From Candidatus Omnitrophota bacterium (lineage in GTDB: Bacteria > Omnitrophota > Gorgyraeia > Duberdicusellales > 4484-171), in assembly GCA_043815185.1 (NCBI GenBank), contig JBDRJF010000023.1, positions 1 to 59,493 of the forward strand: a stretch of DNA of 59,493 nt. The letters run 5' to 3'. The position numbers and the translations under genes are program-made. This document shows, in pieces, positions 15,735-24,189 of this stretch; the stretch's first letter is position 1, and every line of letters begins with the position of its first letter. The notes under the pieces were generated by a model. It saw only the letters and a program-made list of their open reading frames with translations, did not search any database and was not told the origin of the DNA.

Positions 15735-16280
15735 TTAAACTAGCCCAAAAATAATCCAAAGCAATCTAGCTTCTGTTTCACCAATATTTCTCACTTTTTG
15801 AGGACTCTGTGTATAATCGCAATAAAGACTATCGTCTTTTTTAAGAATTAGTTTTTCTGACTCACATAAAAATTCCACCTTTCCTTCAAGTAACATTCCA
15901 AATTTTTCGCCTTCAGAATAAATCAACTCCTTTCTTAACTCTGCACCGATTCCTATAGTAAAAACTTGTGGCTGCATCTTTATGTTCAAAAGTCCAGAAG
16001 CCAAAGTTTCACAAAAGACATTTTTTTCTTCACCAATAACTCTTTTAGCCCTGTCCTTCTTAACAAAGATTAGTCCCTTTCCCTCTTCGCCTCCAAAGAA
16101 ATAACCTACCTTTGTGTTTAAGGCCTCGGATATTTTTTCTAACGAGCCAACCGAAGGCGATGCAAGACCCCTTTCTAATTGAGAAAGGAAACTTGTAGTT
16201 AGCCCCGCCTTTTTTGCTAATTCCTTCAAAGTGATTCTTTGACGAGTGCGCAAATCTTTTATTCTGGCCCCAATTTTCAT
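15735..16280 (-). CDS. XRE-family HTH plus cupin domain regulator
   Basis: N-terminal IKDLRTRQRITLKELAKKAGLTTSFLSQLERG and a C-terminal cupin-like beta-barrel region. Confidence 0.8.
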   Translation of the reverse strand: MKIGARIKDLRTRQRITLKELAKKAGLTTSFLSQLERGLASPSVGSLEKISEALNTKVGYFFGGEEGKGLIFVKKDRAKRVIGEEKNVFCETLASGLLNIKMQPQVFTIGIGAELRKELIYSEGEKFGMLLEGKVEFLCESEKLILKKDDSLYCDYTQSPQKVRNIGETEARLLWIIFGLV

Positions 16281-16379
16281 CTTTTATCCCCCTATGGCTA
16301 GTCCTGCCTACTTTGCTATTAATTTTATCTTATTCCTCAACAAAAAGATGTCAAGCTAAATTCCTTTTTGACACCCTTT

Positions 16380-16395
16380 TGGTATAAATGTTGCG
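16380..16395 (+). promoter_or_regulatory. Weak sigma-54-like -24/-12 element upstream of rpoN
   Basis: TGGTATAAATGTTGCG has correct GG-N10-GC spacing and a TTGC -12 box, but a degenerate -24 box. Confidence 0.3.
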
Positions 16396-16458
16396 TAATA
16401 AAAAAATTATGGTATATAAATATAGTAGCTCTTTTAATATATAATAATCAGAAAAATC

Positions 16459-17790
16459 ATGTCGCTACAAGTAAAACTCACCAATAAATTAACCTATAAA
16501 TTAAAACTGACTCCCCAAATGAGACTGGGCATTAAACTCTTACAAATACCCCTGATTAAACTCCAGGAATTTATAAAACAAGAAGTTGAAGAAAATCCTC
16601 TTTTAGATGTGGAAAGCCCACCGGCGCTTAAACAGGAAAATTATAATTTCGACGATGAAGAAAAGAAAAATTATCGAGAAAGCCTCTTAACAAAGCCTGC
16701 TACACTTGCAGAACACCTTTTAAGGCAATTGCGCTTGTTTGTTGATACTTGCGATAAACGCCGGGCCGGAGAATTAATTATCGGTAATATAGATAACAAT
16801 GGATATTTACAATCTTCCGTAGAAGATATGGCTGAATCGCTCAAAACAACAAAGTCTTTAGTTGAAGGGGCATTATCCTTAATTCAAACCTTTGATCCTA
16901 TCGGTGTAGGAGCAAAAGACTTAAGGGAGTGTCTTTTATTACAACTAAAAGCAAAAGGGAAACAAAACCCCTTTGCCTGCCAAATTATCGATAAGTATCT
17001 GCCCTACCTTGAAAAGAAAAGCTACGAGTTTATTGCCAAGAAACTGTCCGCCGAAGGCGGATCCGTCTCTGGCGGAAAAGTTTCGGTTGAACAAATCAAG
17101 GAAGCAATAAAAGAAATAGCCCAGCTAGAACCTAAACCCGGCCGTTCTTTTAATGCAGAAAAAACTGTATACTTAATACCAGATGCTATATTAAAGAAAA
17201 ACAAAAAGCATTATGAGGTTGTATTCAATGACTGGGAATTGCCTCGTGTTACGCTTAATAATAAATATAAGCAAATGATAAAGCAAAAAAATACGCCCCG
17301 GGACACAAAAGAATACTTAAAAGAAAGACTTAGGGCTGCTCGGGCCTTGATTGAGGCTGTAGAAAAACGTAAAAAAACAATCCAAGAGATAATGGAAGCT
17401 ATTGTTTATATTCAGAAAGACTTTCTGGATAATGGAAAAACTAACTTTAAGCCAATGACTTTAGAACAAATTGCCAAAAAAATCGGCAAGCATAAATCTA
17501 CAATAAGCCGGGCCGTAGCTGACAAATATCTTCAGACACCTTGGGGTATCTTGGAATTAAGGTCTTTTTTAAATTCCGGGGTTAAGCAGAAAAACGGAGA
17601 GCTTTTCTCATCTAAGGCAATTAAATCAAAGATAAAAGGCCTAATCGAAAACGAAAACAAAAAGAAACCTTTAAGTGATCAGCAGATTGCCGGGTTCTTC
17701 AAACGAGAAGGAATATCTGTATCCCGCCGCACCATCGCCAAATACCGAACCCAGCTCAAACTCCTCCCCTCCCAATCACGACGCGAATAA
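16459..17790 (+). CDS. rpoN: RNA polymerase sigma-54 factor
   Basis: N-terminal LKLTPQM..GIKLLQ, C-terminal HTH and RpoN box SRRTIAKYR. Confidence 0.9.
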   Translation: MSLQVKLTNKLTYKLKLTPQMRLGIKLLQIPLIKLQEFIKQEVEENPLLDVESPPALKQENYNFDDEEKKNYRESLLTKPATLAEHLLRQLRLFVDTCDKRRAGELIIGNIDNNGYLQSSVEDMAESLKTTKSLVEGALSLIQTFDPIGVGAKDLRECLLLQLKAKGKQNPFACQIIDKYLPYLEKKSYEFIAKKLSAEGGSVSGGKVSVEQIKEAIKEIAQLEPKPGRSFNAEKTVYLIPDAILKKNKKHYEVVFNDWELPRVTLNNKYKQMIKQKNTPRDTKEYLKERLRAARALIEAVEKRKKTIQEIMEAIVYIQKDFLDNGKTNFKPMTLEQIAKKIGKHKSTISRAVADKYLQTPWGILELRSFLNSGVKQKNGELFSSKAIKSKIKGLIENENKKKPLSDQQIAGFFKREGISVSRRTIAKYRTQLKLLPSQSRRE

Positions 17791-17802
17791 ACCACCGGTA
17801 CC

Positions 17803-17824
17803 TAATTCGGGACAGACCCTATTT
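17803..17824 (+). repeat. REP-like repeat copy 1
   Basis: taattcgggacagaccctattt. Confidence 0.7.
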
Positions 17825-17890
17825 AAAAAAAATTAAAAAAAATGAAAGAATTTTGCCTTCTCATACGTCTATTAGATAAGGGAGTTGATT

Positions 17891-17908
17891 CAGGACAGAC
17901 CCTATTTA
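17891..17908 (+). repeat. REP-like repeat copy 2 (same orientation as copy 1)
   Basis: caggacagaccctattta. Confidence 0.6.
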
Positions 17909-17922
17909 TTCCATTTTAACTT

Positions 17923-18618
17923 ATGTCACGAATAGCTAGAATAGTATATCCAGCGTATCCTCATCATATAGTCCAACGGGGAAACAATAAACAGCCTATA
18001 TTTGGCGATGATCAAGATAAGCACTTTTACTTTGGATTACTGAAAAAATATGCCCGGCAAGGCGGTTGTAAAGTACATGCCTACTGCCTTATGACTAACC
18101 ACACTCATCTTTTACTAGTTCCTAATGAAAAAAATTCTCTAGCAATAACAATGCAAAAATTAAGCATGTCCTATACTCAACATATTAACAGAAAATATGA
18201 CCGATCCGGTAGATTGTGGGAAGGCAGATTCTTCTCTGCACTGATTGATAAAGAATCGTACTTATGGACAGTCTGTAGATATATTGAACAAAATCCTCTC
18301 CGGGCCAGAATAAGTGAGAAAGCTACTGATTATATGTGGTCTAGTGCAAGAATAAACAGCGGTTTAATAAAGTCTGATTTCCTTGAGCCTATATGGGAAA
18401 CATACTTAGATAAAAATGAATATCAAAGGCTTTTAGCTGAAGGTATTGAAGAAGCAGAAATAAAAAAGGTAAGAAAATCTACTTCGAAAGGGATTCCCTT
18501 AGGTTCTCAGGAGTTTTTCGATAGAATGGTTGGGCAATTTGGAAAATTGATAATCCCTAACCCCAGAGGAAATCCCTACAGAAAAAGAAATGGGGTCTGT
18601 CCCGAATTAAAAAATTAA
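17923..18618 (+). CDS. REP-associated tyrosine transposase (RayT, IS200/IS605 Y1 HUH family)
   Basis: YPHHIVQRGNN, HUH motif NHTHLLL and catalytic Tyr region RYIEQNPLRA. Confidence 0.85.
   Translation: MSRIARIVYPAYPHHIVQRGNNKQPIFGDDQDKHFYFGLLKKYARQGGCKVHAYCLMTNHTHLLLVPNEKNSLAITMQKLSMSYTQHINRKYDRSGRLWEGRFFSALIDKESYLWTVCRYIEQNPLRARISEKATDYMWSSARINSGLIKSDFLEPIWETYLDKNEYQRLLAEGIEEAEIKKVRKSTSKGIPLGSQEFFDRMVGQFGKLIIPNPRGNPYRKRNGVCPELKN
18588..18609 (-). repeat. REP-like repeat copy 3 (inverted; overlaps the last codons of the transposase)
   Basis: aaatggggtctgtcccgaatta. Confidence 0.7.
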
Positions 18619-18645
18619 GGAATTTGTGGCAAGATAAGACTTACG

Positions 18646-18808
18646 GCCGATAAGGGGGTGGCTTATGATATTTCACCTCCCGACTGCAACCCAGCCACCA
18701 TAGTAAACCCAAGTGTTTAACTTACCCTACGATCAGATAACCGCTCCTGGATACCTTAGGCCTGTTGGCTTTGCGCCCCTCGGTTTCCCGAAGTTTGCCT
18801 TCATCGGC
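18646..18808 (-). promoter_or_regulatory. GEMM-I (c-di-GMP-I) riboswitch-like structured RNA
   Basis: The minus-strand RNA reads GCCGAUGAAGGCAAAC-UUCGG-GAAA-CCGAG-GGGCGCAAAGCC-AACAGG-CCUAAG... This parallels the Vc2 aptamer AGGGCAAAC-stem-GAAA-stem-GGGACGCAAAGCC...GGCCUAAA. A GAAA tetraloop is present with 11-nt receptor halves CCUAAG and UAUGG. A long closing helix pairs GCCGAUGAAGG with CCUUAUCGGC. Confidence 0.65.
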
Positions 18809-18906
18809 TTTAATCTAAATATACAATATTTTTTGATCAGATTTCAAGGCCAGCAAAATTTACTCTTGGGTAAAATAGGGTCATCAACTCCCTTTTTTCT
18901 GGGGAA

Positions 18907-19311
18907 TTAAGGACGGGGGTTGCGATGAATGATAATAACTCTGCCCTCACTAATCATATCTTTTATCTTTTTCTTAAGCCATTGTTTAAACAATCTCCGC
19001 GTAAAGGAAATCAGCCCCATAAACCCAATCAAATCAGTTATAAGACCCGGAGTTAAAAGCAATATACCGCTGCATAAAATCAAAATGCCATCGAATAATT
19101 TATCTGCCGGCATCCGGCCATTATTTATCTCTTCCTGAATCCTGCGCAGAGTGATAAAACCTTGTAGCTTTGCCAGATAGGCACCTGTAACTCCGGTCAG
19201 AATTACAATCCCCAGGGTATAGCCTACTCCTATATACTGGCCAACCTTTATTAAAAGAGCTAACTCTACAATCGGTACCAACGTAAATAGTAAAATTAAG
19301 TATCCTAACAT
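18907..19311 (-). CDS. fxsA: FxsA-family inner-membrane protein
   Basis: N-terminal TM helices and LLLTPGLITDLIGF motif. About 130 aa. Confidence 0.75.
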   Translation of the reverse strand: MLGYLILLFTLVPIVELALLIKVGQYIGVGYTLGIVILTGVTGAYLAKLQGFITLRRIQEEINNGRMPADKLFDGILILCSGILLLTPGLITDLIGFMGLISFTRRLFKQWLKKKIKDMISEGRVIIIHRNPRP

Positions 19312-19476
19312 AATTTTTGCTTATTTTTTAAGAAATTTCGGACTTCTATTCCAGAACTATCTCTATATTGCTTATACCATCAGGCATTGTTTTTTCTTCC
19401 CCTTCTTATAAAATTCCTTTTAATTTTCTTCTGGGCAGGGAAAAAATAAAATTGGGGTCAAGAAAATGGTTCTTGT

Positions 19477-22170
19477 TTAAGGAATCGGCAGGACAATTCT
19501 AACTTCGGCCCCCTTATTCGGCTGACTATTAATCAACAGAGAACCATTATGGTTCTCAACAATGGTCTTAGACATAGCCAACCCTAAACCAGTTCCTTTT
19601 TTACTCCTTTTGGTGGTAAAGAACGGTTCAAATATCTTGGGGAGATTCTCCGCTGATATGCCTTCGCCGGTATCAGTTACCTCAATTATACAAACTGGCC
19701 TTTTTTTAGAAAACTCGGCTCCCGAGGCTTTATAAGTTTTGACCTTGATTCCACCGCCTTTAGGCATAGCATCAATTGAGTTAATAAAAAGGTTAAACAA
19801 AACCTGGTGTAGCTGATTCTTGTCTACCTCAATATAGATGTTCTCTTTGGAGAACTCAGTAGTAATGTCCACGCTTACCAGAGCCAGCCGATATTTAAGT
19901 AAAGACAAAGCATCTTCAACTAAATCCTGGGGTGCAATCTTCTCTTTCTTAATTTCGGAAGGCATAGCAAACTTTACTAAGTTGCGAACAATAGTATCGG
20001 CTCTTAAAGTAGATTCTTTTATTTTGATTAAAGCGGTCGTAACATCTTTATCCTTAGATTTTAACTTACGCTCCAGATATTCGGTGCCGCCAAGAATAAT
20101 CCCTAAAGGATTCTTCACCTCATGGGCTACGCCGGAAGAAAATCTTCCTAAGGCTGCAAGTTTTTCCGACTGGACCAAACTATACTGAGCCTCTTCAAGC
20201 TTAGCTGAAGCATGGCTCAATTCTTCATTGGCTTTTATCCGCTCCTCTTCTATCCCTATGGCTGAAGCAATGATTCCTAAAAACTTCTTATCTTCCTCCC
20301 CCAATAAAGGCTCATTCTTATAAATACCGCAGACTACGCCTATTGGTTTACCCCGGCACTTAACTGTTTGACCGATATAGGTACGGAATTGATAAAGCGA
20401 ACAAAAGGGGTCTTTACCGATATAATCGGAATGGGGTAAATTATATACAGTAAGAGCTCCTTCCTCGCGTTTATTGACTACATCGGAACAAATACTCTCA
20501 GAATACTTACCCTCAATTACATAATCAGCCGGAGGTTTATACCGGACTAAAGAATAGTAAGTATCTTCCTTAAAATTAATACGATTATAAAAGGCGGGGC
20601 TTGCTCCCAGAATATCGCCACAGAGCGTAACTAATTGTCGGATATTGTTTAAAGAATCAGCACCTAAATTTAGCAAACATTCGTTTGTCTGGCTTAAACG
20701 CTGTTCATCCTTTTTACGCTGGATAACTCCGGCTAAAGTAGTAGTAATCGTATTTAAAAAATCTTCTTCTTTTTTATCCCGCTTATGCCCTTTCTCTAAA
20801 TAGACGCCAATTGCCCCGACTATATTCCCGGCATAGACAATCGGACTGCAATAGCTGGCATAGGATACTTGAGTTTTACTCTTAGTCTGAATGTTTTTTC
20901 CAAGGCCATCGTCAAATTGAAAATCTCCCAAAGCTGCTGCTCGGCCACAAACCCCTTTACCAAAAGGAATCCGCCGATACTCCCTTTGCAAGGCTGGCGG
21001 GAGCCGGCTTTGAACTTTCATCACTAAAACCTGGGGGTCTTTTTCTACCAGAAATATTGCTCCTATGGCTTCTGAAGAAAATGAAGGGGCTGAGAGAATA
21101 ATATTAAGTGCACACTTTAGGAATCCCTCTAAAGAAATACTTTCCAAGGAGAAACGTAAAAGAGAATTTATTGCTGCCTGGGCACGATAGCTATGACGAA
21201 TTTCCTCTTCCTGCCGATTAATTTTAGTAAAATCCTCAACCGTCTCAATCGCCGCTATAACCTGGCCTTCTTTGTTCTCTACCGGAAAAGAAATTACCTT
21301 ATAAACCGCCTTTACCCCTCTTAAATTAGTCTTCATCAAAGCTTCCTGAATCTCTCGGCTAGCTAAGGCCTTACAGGTCGGACAAACCTTACAAGGATCC
21401 TTGGAAAAATTACTAAAGATATTATGACAAGCTGAAGTTTCGGTAAAATCTTTACCGGAAAACCACCTCTTCATCTGTTTATTCATGTATAGTAACTCAA
21501 TCTGGGGAGATACTAAAGATACCCCGATACGAATATTGTCAATTATGCTCTTATACCCCTTTTCAGTCTTCTTTAGTACATCTTCGGCCTGCTGATGAGT
21601 AGTAATGTCTATGCCGACACTAATAACATATTTAGCAAAGCCCCGATTATCGCAAACAACATTATTAGCCCACTTTATTAATCTCGGGCTCCCGTCTCTA
21701 CAGATCCAAGGATCTTCATACTCCTTGGGAAACTTACCCCGCTTTAAATCAAATAAATCATCCTTTGCTGTTTGGGCATCCTTTTTATTAAGAAACACCT
21801 TCCAAAAATGTTTACCCTTAACCTCCTCAAAAGAATAGCCGGTTATTCGTTCACAGGTGCGATTGAAGCGAATAATTCGCCCCAAAGAGTCAAAAACGAC
21901 TACTAACGACCCTACCCTGTCTAAAAGCGAAGGAATTAAGTCGTAGCTCTCTTTGGCCTCTTCTTCAAGCTTCTTCTGCCGGCGGCTGATAAGCTGAAAG
22001 TAAACACTGGCAACGGTCAAAAATAAAACTACTGTTAAGCGTGACCAGAAAATATAGACTGAGGGGTTAAAGGCTACCTCAATCAAATTACCTTGGTCAA
22101 AAATAAAAGCATCCACTCCCGACCAAATCAGCCAATAGACTAAACTAAGGATAATTGAGAAGATTATCAT
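19477..22170 (-). CDS. Large membrane-anchored PAS/GAF sensor histidine kinase
   Basis: N-terminal TM segments, PAS regions, a Cys cluster CHNIFSNFSKDPCKVCPTCKA and GAF-like regions. H-box SSGVAHEVKNPL, N box FNLFINSIDAM, G boxes DTGEGI and GTGLGL. Confidence 0.85.
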   Translation of the reverse strand: MIIFSIILSLVYWLIWSGVDAFIFDQGNLIEVAFNPSVYIFWSRLTVVLFLTVASVYFQLISRRQKKLEEEAKESYDLIPSLLDRVGSLVVVFDSLGRIIRFNRTCERITGYSFEEVKGKHFWKVFLNKKDAQTAKDDLFDLKRGKFPKEYEDPWICRDGSPRLIKWANNVVCDNRGFAKYVISVGIDITTHQQAEDVLKKTEKGYKSIIDNIRIGVSLVSPQIELLYMNKQMKRWFSGKDFTETSACHNIFSNFSKDPCKVCPTCKALASREIQEALMKTNLRGVKAVYKVISFPVENKEGQVIAAIETVEDFTKINRQEEEIRHSYRAQAAINSLLRFSLESISLEGFLKCALNIILSAPSFSSEAIGAIFLVEKDPQVLVMKVQSRLPPALQREYRRIPFGKGVCGRAAALGDFQFDDGLGKNIQTKSKTQVSYASYCSPIVYAGNIVGAIGVYLEKGHKRDKKEEDFLNTITTTLAGVIQRKKDEQRLSQTNECLLNLGADSLNNIRQLVTLCGDILGASPAFYNRINFKEDTYYSLVRYKPPADYVIEGKYSESICSDVVNKREEGALTVYNLPHSDYIGKDPFCSLYQFRTYIGQTVKCRGKPIGVVCGIYKNEPLLGEEDKKFLGIIASAIGIEEERIKANEELSHASAKLEEAQYSLVQSEKLAALGRFSSGVAHEVKNPLGIILGGTEYLERKLKSKDKDVTTALIKIKESTLRADTIVRNLVKFAMPSEIKKEKIAPQDLVEDALSLLKYRLALVSVDITTEFSKENIYIEVDKNQLHQVLFNLFINSIDAMPKGGGIKVKTYKASGAEFSKKRPVCIIEVTDTGEGISAENLPKIFEPFFTTKRSKKGTGLGLAMSKTIVENHNGSLLINSQPNKGAEVRIVLPIP

Positions 22171-22307
22171 TTCAAGAACATTTTAACCCCTCTTCAAGAG
22201 GTGTCAATAGGCCTTTAAAGAAAAGAATACTCTTTACAATACTTTTTATCTTGTTATATTTAACCTGCTATCTAATTGTAGGATTAAATTCTATCAAGCC
22301 ATATTAT

Positions 22308-23048
22308 ATGTTCGGCAACTATCTAAAAGCAGCAAAAGACCTATTTTTCCCTTGTCTCTGTCTTTGTTGTGGAAAAAAGATTGATCAAGATTACCTCTGC
22401 AGCCAGTGTTTGGGAAAAATAGTCTTTCTTACCCAGCCGCGCTGCCGTTATTGTGCCCGAGCAGTGAAGTCTGAATCCGGCGACACCTGCAGTAAATGTC
22501 GCCAAAAAGTCTACCCCTACCACAGGCTTATCAGCGCTACTGCCTACCAAGAGCCAATGGCCAGCTTAATCCATCTATTTAAATACACAAATTATGATTA
22601 TCTTGCCGGTTTCCTGGCATCCCTAATCAAAAAATACCTATTAAAGATCAGCTTTAATCCCAATAATCACCACCTGATTACTCCGGTTCCCCTGCATCGC
22701 GATAAGCTGAAAATAAGAGGCTATAATCAAGCCGGGCTCCTAGCAAAATTGTTATCAAATTATTTTAAAATCCCTTTCCGGGATGATATAATAAGCAATA
22801 CAAATATCCGTCCTTCTCAGGTAAAACTTCCCCCACAAAGAAGGAAAACCAATGTTCAAGGAATATTTGCGGTAGATGAAGACCTAAAACAGAGAAAAAT
22901 AATTCTCATCGATGATATTTTTACTACTGGGGCAACAGTCAGCGCCTGCTCCAAAGCTTTGGCTGAAAAAGGAACCGAGATAATTACCGTAATAACTTTA
23001 TCAAAAACATTAAACACGAATGACCACGAAAAAAGAAATATGGATTAA
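22308..23048 (+). CDS. comF: ComF-family phosphoribosyltransferase
   Basis: N-terminal Cys-rich finger (CLCCGKK...CSQC...CRYC...CSKC) and PRT motif ILIDDIFTTGAT. The ORF-track start at 22155 gives an implausible extension overlapping the divergent kinase start, so ATG 22308 is preferred. Confidence 0.75.
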   Translation: MFGNYLKAAKDLFFPCLCLCCGKKIDQDYLCSQCLGKIVFLTQPRCRYCARAVKSESGDTCSKCRQKVYPYHRLISATAYQEPMASLIHLFKYTNYDYLAGFLASLIKKYLLKISFNPNNHHLITPVPLHRDKLKIRGYNQAGLLAKLLSNYFKIPFRDDIISNTNIRPSQVKLPPQRRKTNVQGIFAVDEDLKQRKIILIDDIFTTGATVSACSKALAEKGTEIITVITLSKTLNTNDHEKRNMD

Positions 23049-23112
23049 CACGAATCTATATTTATTCGTGGAAATTCGATAGACATTAGCGGACATTCGT
23101 GTCAAAAAAAAG

Positions 23113-24189
23113 ATGAAGATTATAAGAAACTACATCATTAAAGATTTCTTGTCTGTATTCATCTTCTCATTTCTTATCCTGAGCATGGTAATGCTTATGG
23201 GCAATATGATGAAGATATCCGATATGGTAGTAAGAAAAGGGGTTAACATCATTGATGCCTTAAAAATCCTCTCTTTCTTTATTCCCTACCTATTGGGTTT
23301 CACTATTCCCTTAGCTTTTCTCTTAGGCGTTTTATTAGTTATGGGCCGCTTAATCGCGGATAACGAAATTGTAGCTATCCGGATAGCCGGAATATCTTTA
23401 TTTAAACTTTTAAACATCTTTTTGATTCTGGGATTTATCTTCTCTCTTCTCCTCTTCATCCTCAATGACCGGGTAATTCCCGATTTTCATTATCGCTATC
23501 GCAGTGAAATAAAGAACATTTACTCTAAAAACATCTCAGCCCTGATCGAACCGGGGGTATTCTTAGAACACTTTGATAACTATATCCTTTATGTTACGGA
23601 TAAAAATGAGAATAAATTAAAGAATATCTTCATCTATGAGATTGATCAGAAACAAAAGTCAACTAAAGTGACCTTTGCTAAAAATGGTGAATTCATCGTC
23701 GAAGGGGATATTCTAAAAATAAAACTTGAAGATGGTTTTCGGGATGAAACACTTTCTAAGGAGAAGTTGGAGCTCTATCGGCTTAACTTCAAAATTTTCT
23801 TTATGGATATTCCGATACAAAAACAAGAAAAGGTACAAGTAAGCAAAAAACCCTCGGATATGCGGCTGGAAGAACTACGCAGAAAAATATCCTTGCTCAA
23901 CGCCCCGGAATTACGCGGTGAATTCCATAAAAGAATCAGTTTCTCTTTTGCCTGCCTGGCCTTTATTATTCTCGGCTTTGGTATATCTTTAGTAGTAAAA
24001 CACCGCGAAAAAACGATGAATTTCGGTATCGCTTTTTTAACTGCCGGGGTTTACTACTTACTATTTATCCTGGGAGAAACTCTTCTTGAATATCGCTTCA
24101 TTGCCCCTTCTTTGGGCATGTGGCTTCCCAATATAATTGTGGTCTCCCTGGGAGTATACCTTATCTTTAAAAATGCGCATCCTCGATAA
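23113..24189 (+). CDS. lptF: LPS export ABC permease LptF (YjgP/YjgQ family)
   Basis: Starts MKIIRNYIIKDF and has six-TM permease topology with a central periplasmic domain. Paired with the following paralog. Confidence 0.8.
   Translation: MKIIRNYIIKDFLSVFIFSFLILSMVMLMGNMMKISDMVVRKGVNIIDALKILSFFIPYLLGFTIPLAFLLGVLLVMGRLIADNEIVAIRIAGISLFKLLNIFLILGFIFSLLLFILNDRVIPDFHYRYRSEIKNIYSKNISALIEPGVFLEHFDNYILYVTDKNENKLKNIFIYEIDQKQKSTKVTFAKNGEFIVEGDILKIKLEDGFRDETLSKEKLELYRLNFKIFFMDIPIQKQEKVQVSKKPSDMRLEELRRKISLLNAPELRGEFHKRISFSFACLAFIILGFGISLVVKHREKTMNFGIAFLTAGVYYLLFILGETLLEYRFIAPSLGMWLPNIIVVSLGVYLIFKNAHPR

Larger units (their letters stand above)
17803..18609 (+). mobile_element. REPtron-like unit: RayT/IS200-like Y1 transposase bracketed by inverted REP-like repeats
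   Basis: The left end taattcgggacagaccctattt (17803-17824) is the reverse complement, with 1 mismatch, of the right end aaatggggtctgtcccgaatta (18588-18609). An extra direct copy lies at 17891-17908. Confidence 0.65.

Noticed and set aside
18713-18910. 65-aa plus-strand ORF between the transposase and fxsA
   Set aside because: It overlaps the GEMM-I-like RNA on the opposite strand, uses a non-ATG start (GTG at 18713), and its sequence is not protein-like. The structured RNA explains the region better.
18900-18925. ggacgggggttgcga resembles the tRNA-like 3' end of tmRNA (GGACGGGGGTTCGA)
   Set aside because: There is no acceptor CCA context, no tag reading frame and no 5' GGGG-type partner. 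The sequence is simply the stop-proximal codons of fxsA.
22155-22307. N-terminal extensions proposed by the ORF track for comF. The same issue affects mlaF (to 42205), oppD (to 55342), lptG (from 24137), ilvE (TTG 48908) and mtnA (to 29606).
   Set aside because: The extensions overlap neighbouring genes or promoters and lack family-typical sequence. Internal ATGs give canonical N-termini and, for mlaF and oppD, ATGA stop/start coupling.
23013-23105. Repeated ACACGAAT / ATTCGTG motifs around the comF stop and lptF start
   Set aside because: These are short motifs, partly inside coding sequence, that can form a modest hairpin. The most likely explanation is a weak terminator between comF and lptF, and nothing indicates more.
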